Shown: positions 26,499 through 38,605 of the stretch, piece by piece
Layout: the number at the start of each line of letters is the position of its first letter
Numbering within the stretch: the stretch's first letter is position 1
Source: Planctomycetota bacterium
GTDB lineage: Bacteria; Planctomycetota; UBA1135; UBA2386
Assembly (NCBI GenBank): GCA_965228735.1
Contig: OZ245838.1
Span: forward strand, 4,512,001 to 4,576,000
DNA length: 64,000 nt
Direction of reading: 5' to 3'
Notes under the pieces: model-generated
Told to the model about the DNA's origin: nothing
Database searches by the model: none
The model's input: the letters and a program-made list of their open reading frames with translations, nothing else
Made by a program: the position numbers and the translations under genes

Positions 26499-29400
26499 AT
26501 GACGAGCACCGATCCCAAGATGACCGAGACCCGCGCCGCAGAGCCTCGGCCGGACGACGCGCAGTCGGCGTCGCCGACGTATTGGCGCAGCTTCGATCAG
26601 CTCGAGAACTCGACCGAGTTCCAGGAGATGGTCGCGCGCGAGTTCCCCGAAGGTGCCGAGGAAGGTCCCGACGCGGTGTCGCGTCGCGGGTTCCTCGGCG
26701 CGGTCGCCGCGTCGGTCGCGCTCGCCGGCATGACGAGTTGCCGCAAGCCCGTTACGCCGATCGTCGCGTTCAACAAGCGCCCGGCGGGCTTCCGTCCCGG
26801 CATCCCCGAGTTCTACGCGTCCACGATCGGGCGCGACGGCTACGGCATCGGCGTCCTCGTCAAGAGCAGTGACGGTCGCCCGACCAAGGTCGAGGGCAAC
26901 GCGATGCACCCGAGCAGCCTCGGCGGTTCGGACATGCGCCTGCAGGCCGAGCTGCTGCAGCTCTACGATCCGGCGCGCAGCCACGCCGCGCGCGGTCCGG
27001 GGGCCGAGGCGCACGACGACGGCCACGGGCATGACGACGGCCATGGCCACGGTCCGGCGATGGACTATTGGGCCGAGTTCGATGCGGTGTGGGAGGAGAA
27101 GCTCCGCGCCGACATCGCGAAGCAGGGCGAGGGCTACCACTTCGTGCTGCCGCCGAGCACGTCGCCGACGCTGCAGGCCCTGATCGGCCGCATCAAGTCG
27201 GTCACGATGCCGAAGGCGCGCTTCCACTTCTGGTCGCCGACGCACGAGGACAACGTGCTCGCCGGCGCGCGACTCGCGTTCGGCCGCCCGCTGACCACGA
27301 CGCACCACTTCAGCAAACCGAACAGCGACGGCAGCCACGAGATGCTGGCGGACGTCGTGCTCGCGGTCGACAGCGATTTCCTCGCGACGGATGGCGACAC
27401 GCTGCGCGCGGCGCGCGAGTGGGGAGCGACCCGCAAGAGCCCGGCGCCCGGTCAGAAGATCTCGCGCCTCTACGCCGTCGAGGCGAGCTACTCGACGACG
27501 GGCGCCGCCGCGGATCACCGCTTCCGCCTCAAGGCGAGCGCGATCCCGACCTTCGTGTTCGCCCTCGCCAAGGCGCTCGGCGTCGCCGGCGACTTCGGCA
27601 GCTCGAGCACGGCTGGCTACACGAAGAACGGCAAGAACTGGTTCAACGCGGTCGTCAAGGACCTGCAGCAGAGCGCCGGTCGCTGTCTCGTGACCGCCGG
27701 TGCAGGCCAGCCCGCCGCCGTTCACGCCGCGGTCCACGCGATCAACGCGCAGCTCGGCAACGTCGGCAAGACGGTGAGCTACCGCCAGGTCGCCGAGGGC
27801 ATGCAGCACGGCGCGGTCGCCGGCCTGCAGGAGCTCAAGGCCGCGCTCGAAGCCGACGCGGTCGACACCCTGTTCTGCCTCGGCACCAACCCGGTCTACG
27901 ACGCGCCCGCGGACTTCAAGTTCGGCGAGCTCGTCGACAAGGCGAAGATGACGGTGCACGTCGGCGACTACGACGACGAGACCGGCCATCACTGCCAGTG
28001 GCACTTCCCGCTCGCGCACGAACTCGAGGCGTGGGGTGACCTGCGCGCGCGCGACGGCACGGCGTCGGTCACGCAGCCGCTGATCCGGCCGCTGCACGGC
28101 GGCGTGTCGGTCCTCGAGTTCCTCGGCTTCCTCTTCCGGGAGACCAACTTCGAGTATCTCGCCGCGAGCCGCGACGGCACGTTCGGCCTCGAGCTCGTCA
28201 AGGCGCACTGGCGCTCGGCGTCGGGCGCGGCCGACTTCGACAACACGTGGTGGCCCAAGGTGCTGCACGACGGCCTGGTCCCCGACTCGGCGTTCGTCGC
28301 CGAGACGGCCACGGTCAACACCGGCGCGATCGGCAACGCGGCCCGCAGCTACTCGGCCGGCGACGGCGTCGAGGTCGTGCTGCGCCGCTGCCCGAAGATG
28401 GACGGCGGCCGGTTCGCGAACAACTCGTGGATGCAGGAGACGCCGGACCCGCTGACGAAGCTGACCTGGGACAACGCCGCGATGCTCAGCATGGCGACGG
28501 CCCAGCGCCTCGGCGTCGAGAACGGCGACCAGCTCACGATCACGGCCGGCGGCGGCACGATCGAGATCCCGGCGTGGATCCTGCCGGGCCACGCCGACGA
28601 CAGTGTCTCGATCTTCCTCGGCTGGGGCCGCGACCTGCCGGCCGACTGCAAGGTCAGCAAGGGTTCGGGCTTCGACGCCTACCCGCTGCGCACGGCCAAC
28701 GCCCAGTGGATCGTCACGGGCGCGACCGTGAGCAAGGCCGGCGGCAGTTACCCGCTCGTCTGCACGCAGGAGCACGGCACGATGGCCGGGCGCGATCTCG
28801 TGCGCGAGGCCGACAAGGCCACCAACGACAGCGACAGCCGCTGGGCCCCGAAGCGCTCGCCGCTCGACAAGGCCGCGCGCCTGCACGACCCGGAGAACGG
28901 CAAGGAAGCCGACCTCAACCACTCGCTCTGGAAGGAGCGTTACGAGGAGGGCGGCATGGACGACGAGGTCAAGAAGGCGCAGTACCAGTGGGGCATGGTC
29001 ATCGACCTCAATGCCTGCACCGGCTGCAGCGCCTGCGTGACCGCGTGCGTCGCCGAGAACAACATCCCGATGGTCGGCAAGATCCAGGTCAGCCGGAACC
29101 GCGAGATGTTCTGGATCCGCGCGGACCGCTACTTCTCGAGCGCACCCGGGGACGACCTCGCCATGGCGGAGGACCCGCAGGTGGCGAACATGCCCGTCCC
29201 GTGCATGCAGTGCGAGAACGCGCCGTGCGAGGCCGTCTGCCCGGTCGCCGCGACCGTCCACAGCCCGGACGGCCTCAACGCGATGGTCTACAACCGCTGC
29301 ATCGGCACGCGCTACTGCAGCAACAACTGCCCCTACAAGGTCCGGCGCTTCAACTACCTCGACTACCTCGGCAACGTGCCCGAGACCAAGCGCATGGCGT

Positions 29401-29723
29401 TCAACCCGGACGTCACCGTGCGCAGTCGCGGCGTGATGGAGAAGTGCACCTACTGCACGCAGCGCCTCAACGGCGCGCGCATCGCGGCCAAGCTCGAGGG
29501 CAAGACCGTCGGCGACGGTGAAGGTCAGATCGCGGTGAAGACGGCGTGCGCCGAAGCGTGCCCGACGAGCGCGATCACCTTCGGCAACCTCAAGGACGAG
29601 ACGAGCGACGTGAGCAAGGCGCGCGCGCTCGACCTCAACTACGGGCTGCTGTCCGAACTCAACACCAAGCCGCGCACCACCTACCTCGGCCGCGTCCGCA
29701 ACCCCAACCCTGAGCTGGCCTGA
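26499..29723 (+). CDS. actB: Alternative complex III subunit B (molybdopterin-oxidoreductase-like + Fe-S domain)
   Basis: YWRSF..L, Tat motif SRRGFLG followed by Cys, [10 protein letters not shown]-terminal [51 protein letters not shown]. Confidence 0.93.
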   Translation: MTSTDPKMTETRAAEPRPDDAQSASPTYWRSFDQLENSTEFQEMVAREFPEGAEEGPDAVSRRGFLGAVAASVALAGMTSCRKPVTPIVAFNKRPAGFRPGIPEFYASTIGRDGYGIGVLVKSSDGRPTKVEGNAMHPSSLGGSDMRLQAELLQLYDPARSHAARGPGAEAHDDGHGHDDGHGHGPAMDYWAEFDAVWEEKLRADIAKQGEGYHFVLPPSTSPTLQALIGRIKSVTMPKARFHFWSPTHEDNVLAGARLAFGRPLTTTHHFSKPNSDGSHEMLADVVLAVDSDFLATDGDTLRAAREWGATRKSPAPGQKISRLYAVEASYSTTGAAADHRFRLKASAIPTFVFALAKALGVAGDFGSSSTAGYTKNGKNWFNAVVKDLQQSAGRCLVTAGAGQPAAVHAAVHAINAQLGNVGKTVSYRQVAEGMQHGAVAGLQELKAALEADAVDTLFCLGTNPVYDAPADFKFGELVDKAKMTVHVGDYDDETGHHCQWHFPLAHELEAWGDLRARDGTASVTQPLIRPLHGGVSVLEFLGFLFRETNFEYLAASRDGTFGLELVKAHWRSASGAADFDNTWWPKVLHDGLVPDSAFVAETATVNTGAIGNAARSYSAGDGVEVVLRRCPKMDGGRFANNSWMQETPDPLTKLTWDNAAMLSMATAQRLGVENGDQLTITAGGGTIEIPAWILPGHADDSVSIFLGWGRDLPADCKVSKGSGFDAYPLRTANAQWIVTGATVSKAGGSYPLVCTQEHGTMAGRDLVREADKATNDSDSRWAPKRSPLDKAARLHDPENGKEADLNHSLWKERYEEGGMDDEVKKAQYQWGMVIDLNACTGCSACVTACVAENNIPMVGKIQVSRNREMFWIRADRYFSSAPGDDLAMAEDPQVANMPVPCMQCENAPCEAVCPVAATVHSPDGLNAMVYNRCIGTRYCSNNCPYKVRRFNYLDYLGNVPETKRMAFNPDVTVRSRGVMEKCTYCTQRLNGARIAAKLEGKTVGDGEGQIAVKTACAEACPTSAITFGNLKDETSDVSKARALDLNYGLLSELNTKPRTTYLGRVRNPNPELA

Positions 29724-29728
29724 TCCCG

Positions 29729-31132
29729 ATGACCGCCATCACAGTAATCGACGAACCGGAGAACCCGCTGCGGCGGGCGCCCCTGGTCGAGGGCAACAAC
29801 GACTTCGCGTCGGTGACCGAGACCATCGCCCGCGTCGCGGAGAAGAAGACTCCGCGCGGGTGGTATCTGATGTTCGGCATCTCGGTCGCGCTGCTGCTCA
29901 ACCTGGGCGCCGCGGTCGGCTACCTCGTGTTCACCGGTGTCGGTGTCTGGGGTAACAACGTGCCCGTCGGCTGGGGCTGGCCGATCGTCAACTTCGTCTT
30001 CTGGATCGGCATCGGCCACGCCGGCACGCTGATCTCGGCGGTGCTCTTCCTGTTCCGACAGAAGTGGCGCACCTCGATCAACCGCGCCTCCGAGGCCATG
30101 ACGATCTTCGCCGTCATGGCGGCCGGCATCTTCCCGGCCATCCACGTCGGTCGCATCTGGGTCATCTACTGGGTGTTCCCGCTGCCGAACCAGATGGCGA
30201 TGTGGCCCAACTTCAAGAGCCCGCTGCTCTGGGACGTCTTCGCGGTCTCGACCTACTTCACGATCTCGCTGCTGTTCTGGTACATCGGCCTGGTCCCCGA
30301 CCTCGCGACGTTCCGCGACCGCGCCGTGAAGGCCGGGCGCACGATCGCGGCCAAGGCCTACGGCGTGTTCGCCATGGGCTGGCACGGCAGCAACCGCCAC
30401 TGGCTGCACTACGAGAAGGCCTACCTGATCCTCGCGGGTCTGAGCACGCCGCTCGTCCTGTCGGTGCACTCGATCGTTTCGTTCGACTTCGCGGTCTCGC
30501 TGCTGCCGGGCTGGCACACGACGATCTTCCCGCCGTACTTCGTCGCGGGCGCGATCTTCTCCGGGTTCGGCATGGTGCTGACCCTGATGATCCCGGCGCG
30601 CAAGTGGCTCGGCCTGCACGAGCTGCTGACGCTCAACCACCTGGACAACATCGCGAAGATCCTCCTGCTGACCGGCACGATGGTCGGCTACGCCTACGGG
30701 ATGGAGTTCTTCATCGCGTGGTACTCCGGCGTCGAATACGAGCAGTTCGCGTTCATCAACCGCGCCACGGGCCCCTACTGGTGGTCCTACTGGATCATGG
30801 TGAGCTGCAACGTGATCAGCCCACAGTTCTTCTGGTTCCGGAGTCTGCGTCGCAACCCGACCGTGCTGTTCGTCATCTCGATCTTCGTGAACATCGGGAT
30901 GTGGTTCGAGCGCTTCGTGATCACGGTCACCTCGCTCCACCGCGACTTCCTGCCCTCTAGCTGGGCCTACTTCACGCCAACGCTGATCGACGTGCTCACC
31001 TACGCCGGCAGCTTCGGCCTGTTCTTCACGATGTTCCTGCTGTTCTGCCGCTTCCTGCCGATCCTCGCGATCAGCGAAGTGAAGGGCGTCATGCCGCAGG
31101 CCGACCCGCACCACGGTCAGGACCACCACTAG
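29729..31132 (+). CDS. actC: Alternative complex III quinol-oxidising NrfD/PsrC-family subunit C
   Basis: [77 protein letters not shown]. Confidence 0.95.
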   Translation: MTAITVIDEPENPLRRAPLVEGNNDFASVTETIARVAEKKTPRGWYLMFGISVALLLNLGAAVGYLVFTGVGVWGNNVPVGWGWPIVNFVFWIGIGHAGTLISAVLFLFRQKWRTSINRASEAMTIFAVMAAGIFPAIHVGRIWVIYWVFPLPNQMAMWPNFKSPLLWDVFAVSTYFTISLLFWYIGLVPDLATFRDRAVKAGRTIAAKAYGVFAMGWHGSNRHWLHYEKAYLILAGLSTPLVLSVHSIVSFDFAVSLLPGWHTTIFPPYFVAGAIFSGFGMVLTLMIPARKWLGLHELLTLNHLDNIAKILLLTGTMVGYAYGMEFFIAWYSGVEYEQFAFINRATGPYWWSYWIMVSCNVISPQFFWFRSLRRNPTVLFVISIFVNIGMWFERFVITVTSLHRDFLPSSWAYFTPTLIDVLTYAGSFGLFFTMFLLFCRFLPILAISEVKGVMPQADPHHGQDHH

Positions 31133-31157
31133 GCCCGGACTCAAAGGAACTACCGAG

Positions 31158-31709
31158 ATGACATCTGCAACTGCAACGTCAACCGGCAACTGGGGAGTGG
31201 TGGCCGAGTTCGAATCGGCCGCCGCGATCTTCGAAGCCGCGAAGAAGACGACGGACGCGGGCTACACCAAGGTCGACGCCCACACGCCGTTCCCGGTTCA
31301 CAACATCGACCGCCAGCTGAAGCAGCCCGAGAGCGGCCTCGGCTGGATCGTCGTCAGCTGCGGCCTCTGCGGGATCATCCTCGCACAGCTGATGATGTGG
31401 TGGATGAACGCCGTCGACTACCCGATCTGGGTCTCCGGCAAGGAGCCCTACTCGTGGCCGACGACGATCCCGATCACGTTCGAGCTCATGGTCCTGCTGG
31501 CCGGCTTCGGCGCCGTGTTCGGCATGTTCGGTCTCAACCGCCTGCCGCGGTTGCACCACCCGATCTTCCGCCACAGCACGTTCCACCGCGTGACGGACGA
31601 CCGCTTCTTCCTGTCGATCGAGGCGACCGATCCCAAGTTCGATAGCGTTCAGACCAAGACCTTCCTCGAGAGCGTCGGCGGCACCAACGTCGAGATCGTG
31701 GAGGACTGA
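31158..31709 (+). CDS. actD: Alternative complex III subunit D (DUF3341)
   Basis: DAHTPFPVH, SGKEP.SWP..IPITFELMVL, TDDRFFL. Confidence 0.9.
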   Translation: MTSATATSTGNWGVVAEFESAAAIFEAAKKTTDAGYTKVDAHTPFPVHNIDRQLKQPESGLGWIVVSCGLCGIILAQLMMWWMNAVDYPIWVSGKEPYSWPTTIPITFELMVLLAGFGAVFGMFGLNRLPRLHHPIFRHSTFHRVTDDRFFLSIEATDPKFDSVQTKTFLESVGGTNVEIVED

Positions 31710-31713
31710 CTCG

Positions 31714-32364
31714 ATGACCCGAATCCAACAGATCTTCGTCGCCGGGTGCACCGCCATCGCGCTGCTCACCCTCGCGAGCTGCGAGGGCAGCGACGGTCGC
31801 GACATCTTCCGCGGCGGCACGAGCACGTCGCCGCCGATCCATCTGGTGCTGGACATGGACTTCCAGCCCAAGGTCAAGACGCAGAGCAAGAGCGAGTTCT
31901 TCGGCAACGGCCGCGGCATGCGCATGCCGGTGACGGACATCAATGGCGCCATCGCCGTCGTCCCGCGCGGTTCGCTCGCGGACCCGAAGCTGACCAACAA
32001 GGCTGCCAGTGGCGGCTACGTCACGAGCAACCCGGTCGCGATCAGCCGCGAGGTCCTCGAGCGCGGCCAGCACAACTTCGACCTCTACTGCTCGATCTGC
32101 CACGGCTACACCGGCCGCGGCGGCAACGGCGTGCACGGCAACGGCCTCGTCGGTCGGCGTTGGCCGGTCGCGATCCCGTCGTTCCACTTCGATCCCAGCA
32201 AGAGCGCGGAGGACAACCGCGTGAGCAACCTGCCCGACGGCGAATACTACGAGGTCATCGCCAACGGCAAGGGCACGATGCCGGCCTACGGCGCGCGCAT
32301 CGCCGCCGAGGACCGTTGGGCGATCGTCCACTACATCCGCGTTCTCCAGAGCCTCAGTCGATAG
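31714..32364 (+). CDS. actE: Alternative complex III monoheme cytochrome c lipoprotein subunit E
   Basis: Lipobox LASC, DMDFQPK, CSICHG, GKGTMPAYG..I..EDRWAIVHYIR. Confidence 0.9.
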   Translation: MTRIQQIFVAGCTAIALLTLASCEGSDGRDIFRGGTSTSPPIHLVLDMDFQPKVKTQSKSEFFGNGRGMRMPVTDINGAIAVVPRGSLADPKLTNKAASGGYVTSNPVAISREVLERGQHNFDLYCSICHGYTGRGGNGVHGNGLVGRRWPVAIPSFHFDPSKSAEDNRVSNLPDGEYYEVIANGKGTMPAYGARIAAEDRWAIVHYIRVLQSLSR

Positions 32365-32375
32365 GGCCCCAGCCG

Positions 32376-33713
32376 ATGACTACCGCGAATCCCCCTGCAA
32401 CCATGGCCGCGCCGAGCGTCGAACAGCTCGCGCCGGACCTGAAGGCCAAGGTCGACCCGGGCCAGCTCAGCACGGCGCAACTCGGCCTGCTCGCCGTTGG
32501 CGCCCTGCTGATCGGCGCCGCGTGGTTCACCGACCACTTCGCCTTCAGCTACCTCGTCGGCTACATGGGCGTGCTCGGCATCGTCCTGTGCGCGCTGTTC
32601 TTCACGATGATCCAGCACATCACGCGCGCCGGTTGGAGTGTGACCGTGCGCCGGATCGCCGAGAACATGTCGTGGACGATCGCGCCGATGTTGCTGCTGT
32701 TCGTCCCGGTGCTGATCTACTCGCACGACATCTACCACCACTGGATGGATGCGAACGTCACGGACACGGCCGCGGCCGACTACGACGGCGTCCTCGCCGG
32801 CAAGTCCGCGTGGCTCAACAGCGAGTTCTTCTTCGTCCGCGTGCCGATCTACTTCCTGATCTGGATCGGCCTCGCGTGGTTCTTCCGCAGCAACTCGATC
32901 AAGCAGGACGAGAGCGGCGACCCCGCGATCTCGATGAAGCTCACGCGCGTCGCCGCGCCGGGCCTGCTGCTGTTCGCGCTGTCGATCACGTTCGCCGCGT
33001 TCGACTGGATCATGTCGATCGACCCGCACTGGTTCTCGACGATCTTCGGTGTGACCTACTTCGCGGGCGGCTTCATGGCCTTCCTCGCGTTCACGATCGT
33101 GCTGGCCAAGTGGCTCGGCAAGCAGGGCGTGCTCGCCACCGCGATCACGCGCGAGCACTACCACGATCTCGGCAAGCTGCTGTTCTCGTTCATGGTCTTC
33201 TGGACCTACACGAACTTCAGCCAGTACATGCTGATCTTCTACGCCAACCTGCCGGAAGAGACGCACTGGTTCGCGGTGCGCAGCGAGAACGGCTGGGGCG
33301 CGATCGGCGTGCTGCTGATCGTCGGTCACTTCCTGTTCCCGTTCGCGTTCCTGCTGACGCGCAACGTCAAGCGCAACGGCTTCGCGCTCACGTTCGGCGC
33401 GATCTTCCTGCTGATCATCCACTGCATCGACATGCAGTTCCTGATCCTGCCCGGCAACCTCGGTGGTCACGGCCACGGGGAGAACGGCGCGGAGGCGGCC
33501 ACCCACGCCGCGGGCAGCGAAGAAGGCCTGATGGCCACGTTCTCGCACCAGTTCGGCGAGTACCTGCACACGATCAGCTGGGCCGACTTCGCGTGCTTCG
33601 CCGGTCTGCTCGCGATCGTCGCGGGTCTGACCATCATGAACATCCGCAAGACCAACCTGGTGCCGGTCCGCGACCCGCGCCTGGCCGAGTCGCTACACTT
33701 CCAGAACTTCTGA
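32376..33713 (+). CDS. actF: Alternative complex III membrane subunit F
   Basis: AGWSVTVRRIAE, KSAWLN..FF..R, DWIMSIDPHWFSTIFG, HYHDLGKLLF, FWTY..FSQYMLI.YANLPEE. Confidence 0.9.
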   Translation: MTTANPPATMAAPSVEQLAPDLKAKVDPGQLSTAQLGLLAVGALLIGAAWFTDHFAFSYLVGYMGVLGIVLCALFFTMIQHITRAGWSVTVRRIAENMSWTIAPMLLLFVPVLIYSHDIYHHWMDANVTDTAAADYDGVLAGKSAWLNSEFFFVRVPIYFLIWIGLAWFFRSNSIKQDESGDPAISMKLTRVAAPGLLLFALSITFAAFDWIMSIDPHWFSTIFGVTYFAGGFMAFLAFTIVLAKWLGKQGVLATAITREHYHDLGKLLFSFMVFWTYTNFSQYMLIFYANLPEETHWFAVRSENGWGAIGVLLIVGHFLFPFAFLLTRNVKRNGFALTFGAIFLLIIHCIDMQFLILPGNLGGHGHGENGAEAATHAAGSEEGLMATFSHQFGEYLHTISWADFACFAGLLAIVAGLTIMNIRKTNLVPVRDPRLAESLHFQNF

Positions 33714-33730
33714 TCCGGAGCAGCACTTCC

Positions 33731-34048
33731 ATGGCCACCGCAACCGAACACCAGACCCACGCCGTAGCACCCGCGGGCGATGCGCCCGCGCCGCACGACA
33801 TGGAGAAGGACATCGACGCCAAGAGCGCCACGTGGTGGGTACTCGGCGGCACGGTCGTCCTCTTCGTCTCGCTCTGGCTGATGCTGCCGATCTTCATCCG
33901 CATCCTCGAGGAGGAGCAGCTCCAGAAGGTCAACTTCACGCCGAACAACGAGCTCAGCGAAGTCATCGACGCGCAGAACGAGTTCCTCAACGGGGCCAAC
34001 CCGCAACGCAAGACGCTCGAGCAGGCCATGCAGGAGGCGCTGAAGTAA
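33731..34048 (+). CDS. Small single-TM protein in the ACIII operon (ActG-like position)
   Basis: GGAG RBS, one TM (WWVLGGTVVLFVSLWLMLPIFI), C-terminal TLEQAMQEALK. Lies between actF and sco. Confidence 0.7.
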   Translation: MATATEHQTHAVAPAGDAPAPHDMEKDIDAKSATWWVLGGTVVLFVSLWLMLPIFIRILEEEQLQKVNFTPNNELSEVIDAQNEFLNGANPQRKTLEQAMQEALK

Positions 34049-34127
34049 GCGCGCCGAGCCCGGACGCCGGGTAGGTGCCGCCAGATGGTGGCATCGACCT
34101 CGCTCGCCAGGCGTCCTAGTCAACGAC

Positions 34128-35003
34128 ATGCCCAAGATCCTGACCATCACCGCCCTGTGCACCGTCGCCGCGCTGGCTCCCGCCGCGCCGGCTCAGGGTG
34201 CCGGTATGTCCCCGTCTCGCACCGTCGAGGCCAAGGACGAGGCGTCGTCGATGCTCGATCGCATCGGCAGCAAGATCGATCGCAACCTGTCGTTCACGGA
34301 CGAACGCGGCTACCCGTTCCATCTGAAGCAGCTGTTCCCCGGCGAACGCCCGGTCATCCTGCTGCTCGGCTACTACCACTGCCCCGCGATGTGCGGCCAG
34401 GTGCTCGACGCCACGCTGCGCGCGCTCAACGACGTCGATCTCGAGCCCGGCACGGACTACTACGTGCTCAACGTCTCGATCAACCCCGAGGAGACGGTGG
34501 CGACGGCGAAGGATCGCAAGGCCGCGTTCCTGCCGCGCTTCCGGAAGGCCGGGGCGGACTCGGGCTGGCGTCTGTGCGTCGGCGACGAGGCCAGCGTCAA
34601 GCAGCTCGCCGACGAGGTCGGCTTCCAGTACTACTGGTCCAAGCACCTCAATCAGTACGCGCACCCGCCCGCGATCGTCTTCCTCACCAAGGAGGGCATC
34701 GTGAGCCGGCAGATCGTCAACACGATCTACGAACCGGCAGATCTTCGCCTCGCGCTGGTCGAAGCCAGCGAAGGCACCCTCGGGGACTTCTGGGATCAGG
34801 TCCGCCTGAACTGCCTCACGTTCGATCCCCGCACCAGCAGCTATTCCCTGACCGTGATGACGGTCCTCCGCATCGGCGGCGCCCTGACCATCCTCGGGCT
34901 CGCCACGATGATCTTCATCCTCGTCCGCCGCGAGCGCCGCTCCGCACCGCAAGCCCCGACCGCTGCGGCGGCCCCAACCGCGGGCGCCCCGGAGTCCGCC
35001 TAG
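34128..35003 (+). CDS. SCO1/SenC-family copper chaperone
   Basis: YYHCPAMCG (CxxxC), VSINPEET, QYAHP, C-terminal TM. Confidence 0.9.
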   Translation: MPKILTITALCTVAALAPAAPAQGAGMSPSRTVEAKDEASSMLDRIGSKIDRNLSFTDERGYPFHLKQLFPGERPVILLLGYYHCPAMCGQVLDATLRALNDVDLEPGTDYYVLNVSINPEETVATAKDRKAAFLPRFRKAGADSGWRLCVGDEASVKQLADEVGFQYYWSKHLNQYAHPPAIVFLTKEGIVSRQIVNTIYEPADLRLALVEASEGTLGDFWDQVRLNCLTFDPRTSSYSLTVMTVLRIGGALTILGLATMIFILVRRERRSAPQAPTAAAAPTAGAPESA

Positions 35004-35054
35004 GGCTCGTCGACGACCACCGCACCCACTGACCACCAAGAGACCGAGAACACC

Positions 35055-36104
35055 GTGCTCGCACTCCTGATCCAAGATCCCCAGAAGACGCCGCCGCCGA
35101 ACTACGCGACCGGCAAGGCGGTCGAAGTCGACGAGTATGGGCAGCTGACCAAGCTCGCCAGCACGTTCGACCACGTCGACGGGCTGTTCTACTTCACCTA
35201 TGTGGTTTGCATCTTCTTCTTCCTGCTGATCACGGGCGCGCTGCTCTACTCGGTGGTGCGCTACCGGCGGAAGACCTTCGATCAGCCCGCGGCGTCCAAC
35301 GTCACGCACAACACGCCGCTCGAAGTGGTGTGGACGGTGATCCCACTGTTGATCGTCATGGTGATGTTCGCGTGGGGCTTCAAGGGCAGCCTCGACATGA
35401 CGACGGTCCCGAGCAACGCGCTGCGCTTCAAGGCGACGGCCAAGCAGTGGGCCTGGAACTTCTCGTACCCGACGAGCGCCTTCACCAGCCTCAACGAGGT
35501 GTGGGTGCCGGTCAATCAGCCGTGCGAGTTCCTGCTGGAGTCGACCGACGTGCTGCACGCGTTCTTCCTGCCGTCGCAACGCGTCAAGCGTGACGTCGTG
35601 CCAGGCCGCTACCAGTCGGTCTGGTTCACCCCGACCGAGGTCGGCGACTACCACCTGTTCTGCGCCGAGTACTGCGGCCTCGACCACTCTCGGATGTACG
35701 CCAAGCTGCACGTCGTGACCGCGGAAGAGTTCGCCGAGAACCCGTGGGAGAAGATCCCGAAGCCCGAGGACCCGATCGCGGATCGCGTCGACTGGGGCAA
35801 GTCGTACTACGAGGGCGCCTGCCGCAGCTGTCACACACTCGACGGTACACCGATGACCGGGCCGAGTTGGAAGGGCCTGTTCGTCAAGCAGGGCGACGAG
35901 ATCGTCGGCGGCCAGCGCGACGTGCTCGTCAACGGGCAACAGCAGACCATCACGGTCGACTTCGAGTACATCAAGGAGTCGATCCACATGCCGAACGCGA
36001 AGCTCGCTGCCGGGTTCCCGAACGGCGGCATGAGTCCGTTCGCCGACCTCGACGACGCCCGCATCAACCTCATCATCGACTTCATGAAGTCGATCGCCGA
36101 ATAG
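35055..36104 (+). CDS. coxB: Cytochrome c oxidase subunit II with fused cytochrome c (caa3 type)
   Basis: [20 protein letters not shown], CuA motif [13 protein letters not shown]-terminal CRSCH...GPSWKGL...M. Confidence 0.95.
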   Translation: MLALLIQDPQKTPPPNYATGKAVEVDEYGQLTKLASTFDHVDGLFYFTYVVCIFFFLLITGALLYSVVRYRRKTFDQPAASNVTHNTPLEVVWTVIPLLIVMVMFAWGFKGSLDMTTVPSNALRFKATAKQWAWNFSYPTSAFTSLNEVWVPVNQPCEFLLESTDVLHAFFLPSQRVKRDVVPGRYQSVWFTPTEVGDYHLFCAEYCGLDHSRMYAKLHVVTAEEFAENPWEKIPKPEDPIADRVDWGKSYYEGACRSCHTLDGTPMTGPSWKGLFVKQGDEIVGGQRDVLVNGQQQTITVDFEYIKESIHMPNAKLAAGFPNGGMSPFADLDDARINLIIDFMKSIAE

Positions 36105-36135
36105 GCCCAACCGGAACCGCAACGAGGACCCACCC

Positions 36136-37797
36136 ATGACCACGCAAGTTCCTCCGGTCGAGACCACGACGCCGAGCGTCGACACCGAACGCAAGACCTA
36201 CCTGAACGTCACCAAGGGCTTCATGTCCTGGGCCGGCACGCTGGATCACAAGCGCATCGGCCTGATGTATCTGGTCGGCACGTCGATCGCGCTGCTGGCG
36301 GGCGGCCTGTTCGCCCTGCTCGTGCGCGTGCACCTCTGGGAGCCGACCGGCGCGCTGTTCGAAGACAACGGCACCTACAACCAGGTGTTCACGCTGCACG
36401 GCGTGTTCATGGTGTTCCTGTTCGTCATCCCCGCGATCCCGGCGGCGCTCGGCAACTTCGTGCTGCCGCTGCAGCTCGGGGCGATCGACGTGGCGCTGCC
36501 GCGACTCAACCTGCTGAGCTTCTACCTGTGGCTCACGGGCGCGGCACTCGCGATCGCGGCGATCGTGGCCGGCGGCTTCGACACCGGCTGGACGTTCTAC
36601 ACGCCGTACAGCCTCTATACCCAACAAGCCGTCGGGCTGATCGGGATGGGGGTGTTCGTACTCGGCTTCAGTTCGATCTTCACGGGACTCAACTTCATCG
36701 TCACGGTGCACAAGCTGCGCGCGCCGGGCCTGACGTGGTTCCGCATGCCGCTGTTCATCTGGGCGCTCTACGCGACGTCCATCCTGCAGGTGCTCGCGAC
36801 GCCGGTGCTCGGCATCACGGTCCTGCTCGTGGCGATCGAACGCCTCTACCACATCGGCATCTTCGATCCGCGGCTCGGTGGTGACGCGGTGCTCTTCGAG
36901 CACTTCTTCTGGTTCTACAGCCACCCGGCGGTCTACATCATGGTGCTGCCGGCCTTCGGCATCATCAGCGAGCTCGTCTCCGTGCACTCGCGCAAGCCGC
37001 TGTTCGGCTACAAGCTCATCGCGTTCAGCTCGCTGGCGATCGCGATCATCAGCTTCCTCGTGTGGGGCCACCACATGTTCACGTCGGGGCAGTCGACCTA
37101 CGCGATGTTCGCGTTCAGCTTCCTGACGTTCTTCGTGGCGATCCCGACGGCCATCAAGGAGTTCTCCTGGGTGGCGACGGTGTGGAAGGGCTCGATCGCG
37201 CTCAACTCGCCGATGCTCTACACGCTGGCCTTCCTGATCATCTTCGCGATCGGCGGCCTGACGGGCGTGATCCTCGGCTCGCTCAACGTCGACATCCACC
37301 TGCACGACACCTACTTCGTCGTGGCCCACTTCCACTACGTGATGATGGGTTCGATCGCGCTCGCGTTCTTCGCCGGGCTGCACCACTGGTGGCCGAAGAT
37401 GTTCGGCGTGATGTACAACGAGACGCAGGCCAAGATCGCGTGCGCGCTGATCTTCATCGGCTTCAACGCGACGTTCATCCCGCAGTTCATCATGGGCAGC
37501 CGCGGCATGCCGCGGCGCTATGCGACCTACGTGCCGGACTACGAGGCCTACCACAAGGCGTCGACGATCGGCGCGATGGTGCTCGGCACCGGCGTCGCGC
37601 TCATGGTCTTCTACCTGCTGCGCTCGCTGATGCAGAACAAGCGCGCGATGGAGAACCAGTGGGGCGGCGTCACGCTCGAGTGGGAGACCCCCACGCCGCC
37701 GCCGCTCGAGAACTTCAACAAGGCCCCGGTCGTCACCGGCGAGGTCTACGACTACTCCAAGCTCGACCTGCAGTCGACGATCACAGAAGCCAAGTAG
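36136..37797 (+). CDS. coxA: Cytochrome c oxidase subunit I (type A2)
   Basis: [30 protein letters not shown] (YS motif of A2), WGHHMF, VAHFHY, GMPRRY. Confidence 0.97.
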   Translation: MTTQVPPVETTTPSVDTERKTYLNVTKGFMSWAGTLDHKRIGLMYLVGTSIALLAGGLFALLVRVHLWEPTGALFEDNGTYNQVFTLHGVFMVFLFVIPAIPAALGNFVLPLQLGAIDVALPRLNLLSFYLWLTGAALAIAAIVAGGFDTGWTFYTPYSLYTQQAVGLIGMGVFVLGFSSIFTGLNFIVTVHKLRAPGLTWFRMPLFIWALYATSILQVLATPVLGITVLLVAIERLYHIGIFDPRLGGDAVLFEHFFWFYSHPAVYIMVLPAFGIISELVSVHSRKPLFGYKLIAFSSLAIAIISFLVWGHHMFTSGQSTYAMFAFSFLTFFVAIPTAIKEFSWVATVWKGSIALNSPMLYTLAFLIIFAIGGLTGVILGSLNVDIHLHDTYFVVAHFHYVMMGSIALAFFAGLHHWWPKMFGVMYNETQAKIACALIFIGFNATFIPQFIMGSRGMPRRYATYVPDYEAYHKASTIGAMVLGTGVALMVFYLLRSLMQNKRAMENQWGGVTLEWETPTPPPLENFNKAPVVTGEVYDYSKLDLQSTITEAK

Positions 37798-37870
37798 ACC
37801 CGCCAGGTAGATCGGCCGGCTCCGGCCGGCCGACCGCCCGACCAGCCACACTTCGCCCTCGAACAACTTC

Positions 37871-38605
37871 ATGAGTCACGACGGACATCATTCGGTGGTG
37901 ATCCCGGCACCGGGACCCGAGTTCGTGCCCCACGAACTGCCGCACCACTTCGACACGCCCGTTCAGGAATTCCAGTCGGCCAAGCTCGGCTTCTGGCTGT
38001 TCCTCGCGACGGAAATCCTGCTCTTCGGCGGGCTGTTCGCGGCCTACTTCTACTTCCACGAGGCCTACCCCGAGACGTTCGTCGTCGGCGGCAAGCAGCT
38101 CGACTGGAAGCTCGGCGCGCTCAACACGACCGTGCTGCTGCTGAGCTCGTGGACGATGGCGATGGGCGTGCGCTCGGCGCAGACGAGCCAGAAGAAGAAG
38201 CTGCTGATGTATCTCGGCCTGACCGTGCTCGGCGCCGTGATCTTCATGTGCGTCAAGTACGTCGAATACTCGGCCAAGGACGCTCACGGGCTGTTCGTGT
38301 TCTCCGAGATGTTCGGCGGCTACGACGCGGCGACGGGCCAGCTCGCGTGGTTCAAGGACTACGACGGCGTGATGGCCGGCGTGCCGCACGGCCACATGTT
38401 CTTCGCGATCTACGTGACGATGACCGGCATCCACGGTCTGCACGTGATCATCGGCGCGGGCCTGATCATCTGGATCATGTTCGGCGCCGCGAAGGGTCGC
38501 TTCCACGAGGGCTACTACCTGCCGGTCGACCTCGTCGGCCTCTATTGGCACCTCGTCGACCTCATCTGGATCTTCCTGTTCCCCCTGCTCTACCTGGTGC
38601 CCTGA
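37871..38605 (+). CDS. coxC: Cytochrome c oxidase subunit III
   Basis: GFWLFLATEILLFGGLF, NTTVLLLSS, TGIHGLHV, GLYWHLVDLIWIFLFPLLY. Confidence 0.95.
   Translation: MSHDGHHSVVIPAPGPEFVPHELPHHFDTPVQEFQSAKLGFWLFLATEILLFGGLFAAYFYFHEAYPETFVVGGKQLDWKLGALNTTVLLLSSWTMAMGVRSAQTSQKKKLLMYLGLTVLGAVIFMCVKYVEYSAKDAHGLFVFSEMFGGYDAATGQLAWFKDYDGVMAGVPHGHMFFAIYVTMTGIHGLHVIIGAGLIIWIMFGAAKGRFHEGYYLPVDLVGLYWHLVDLIWIFLFPLLYLVP

Noticed and set aside
26499..29723. Catalytic molybdoenzyme (e.g. polysulfide or nitrate reductase)
   Set aside because: Context and fused Fe-S domain identify ActB, which is known not to bind a molybdenum cofactor.
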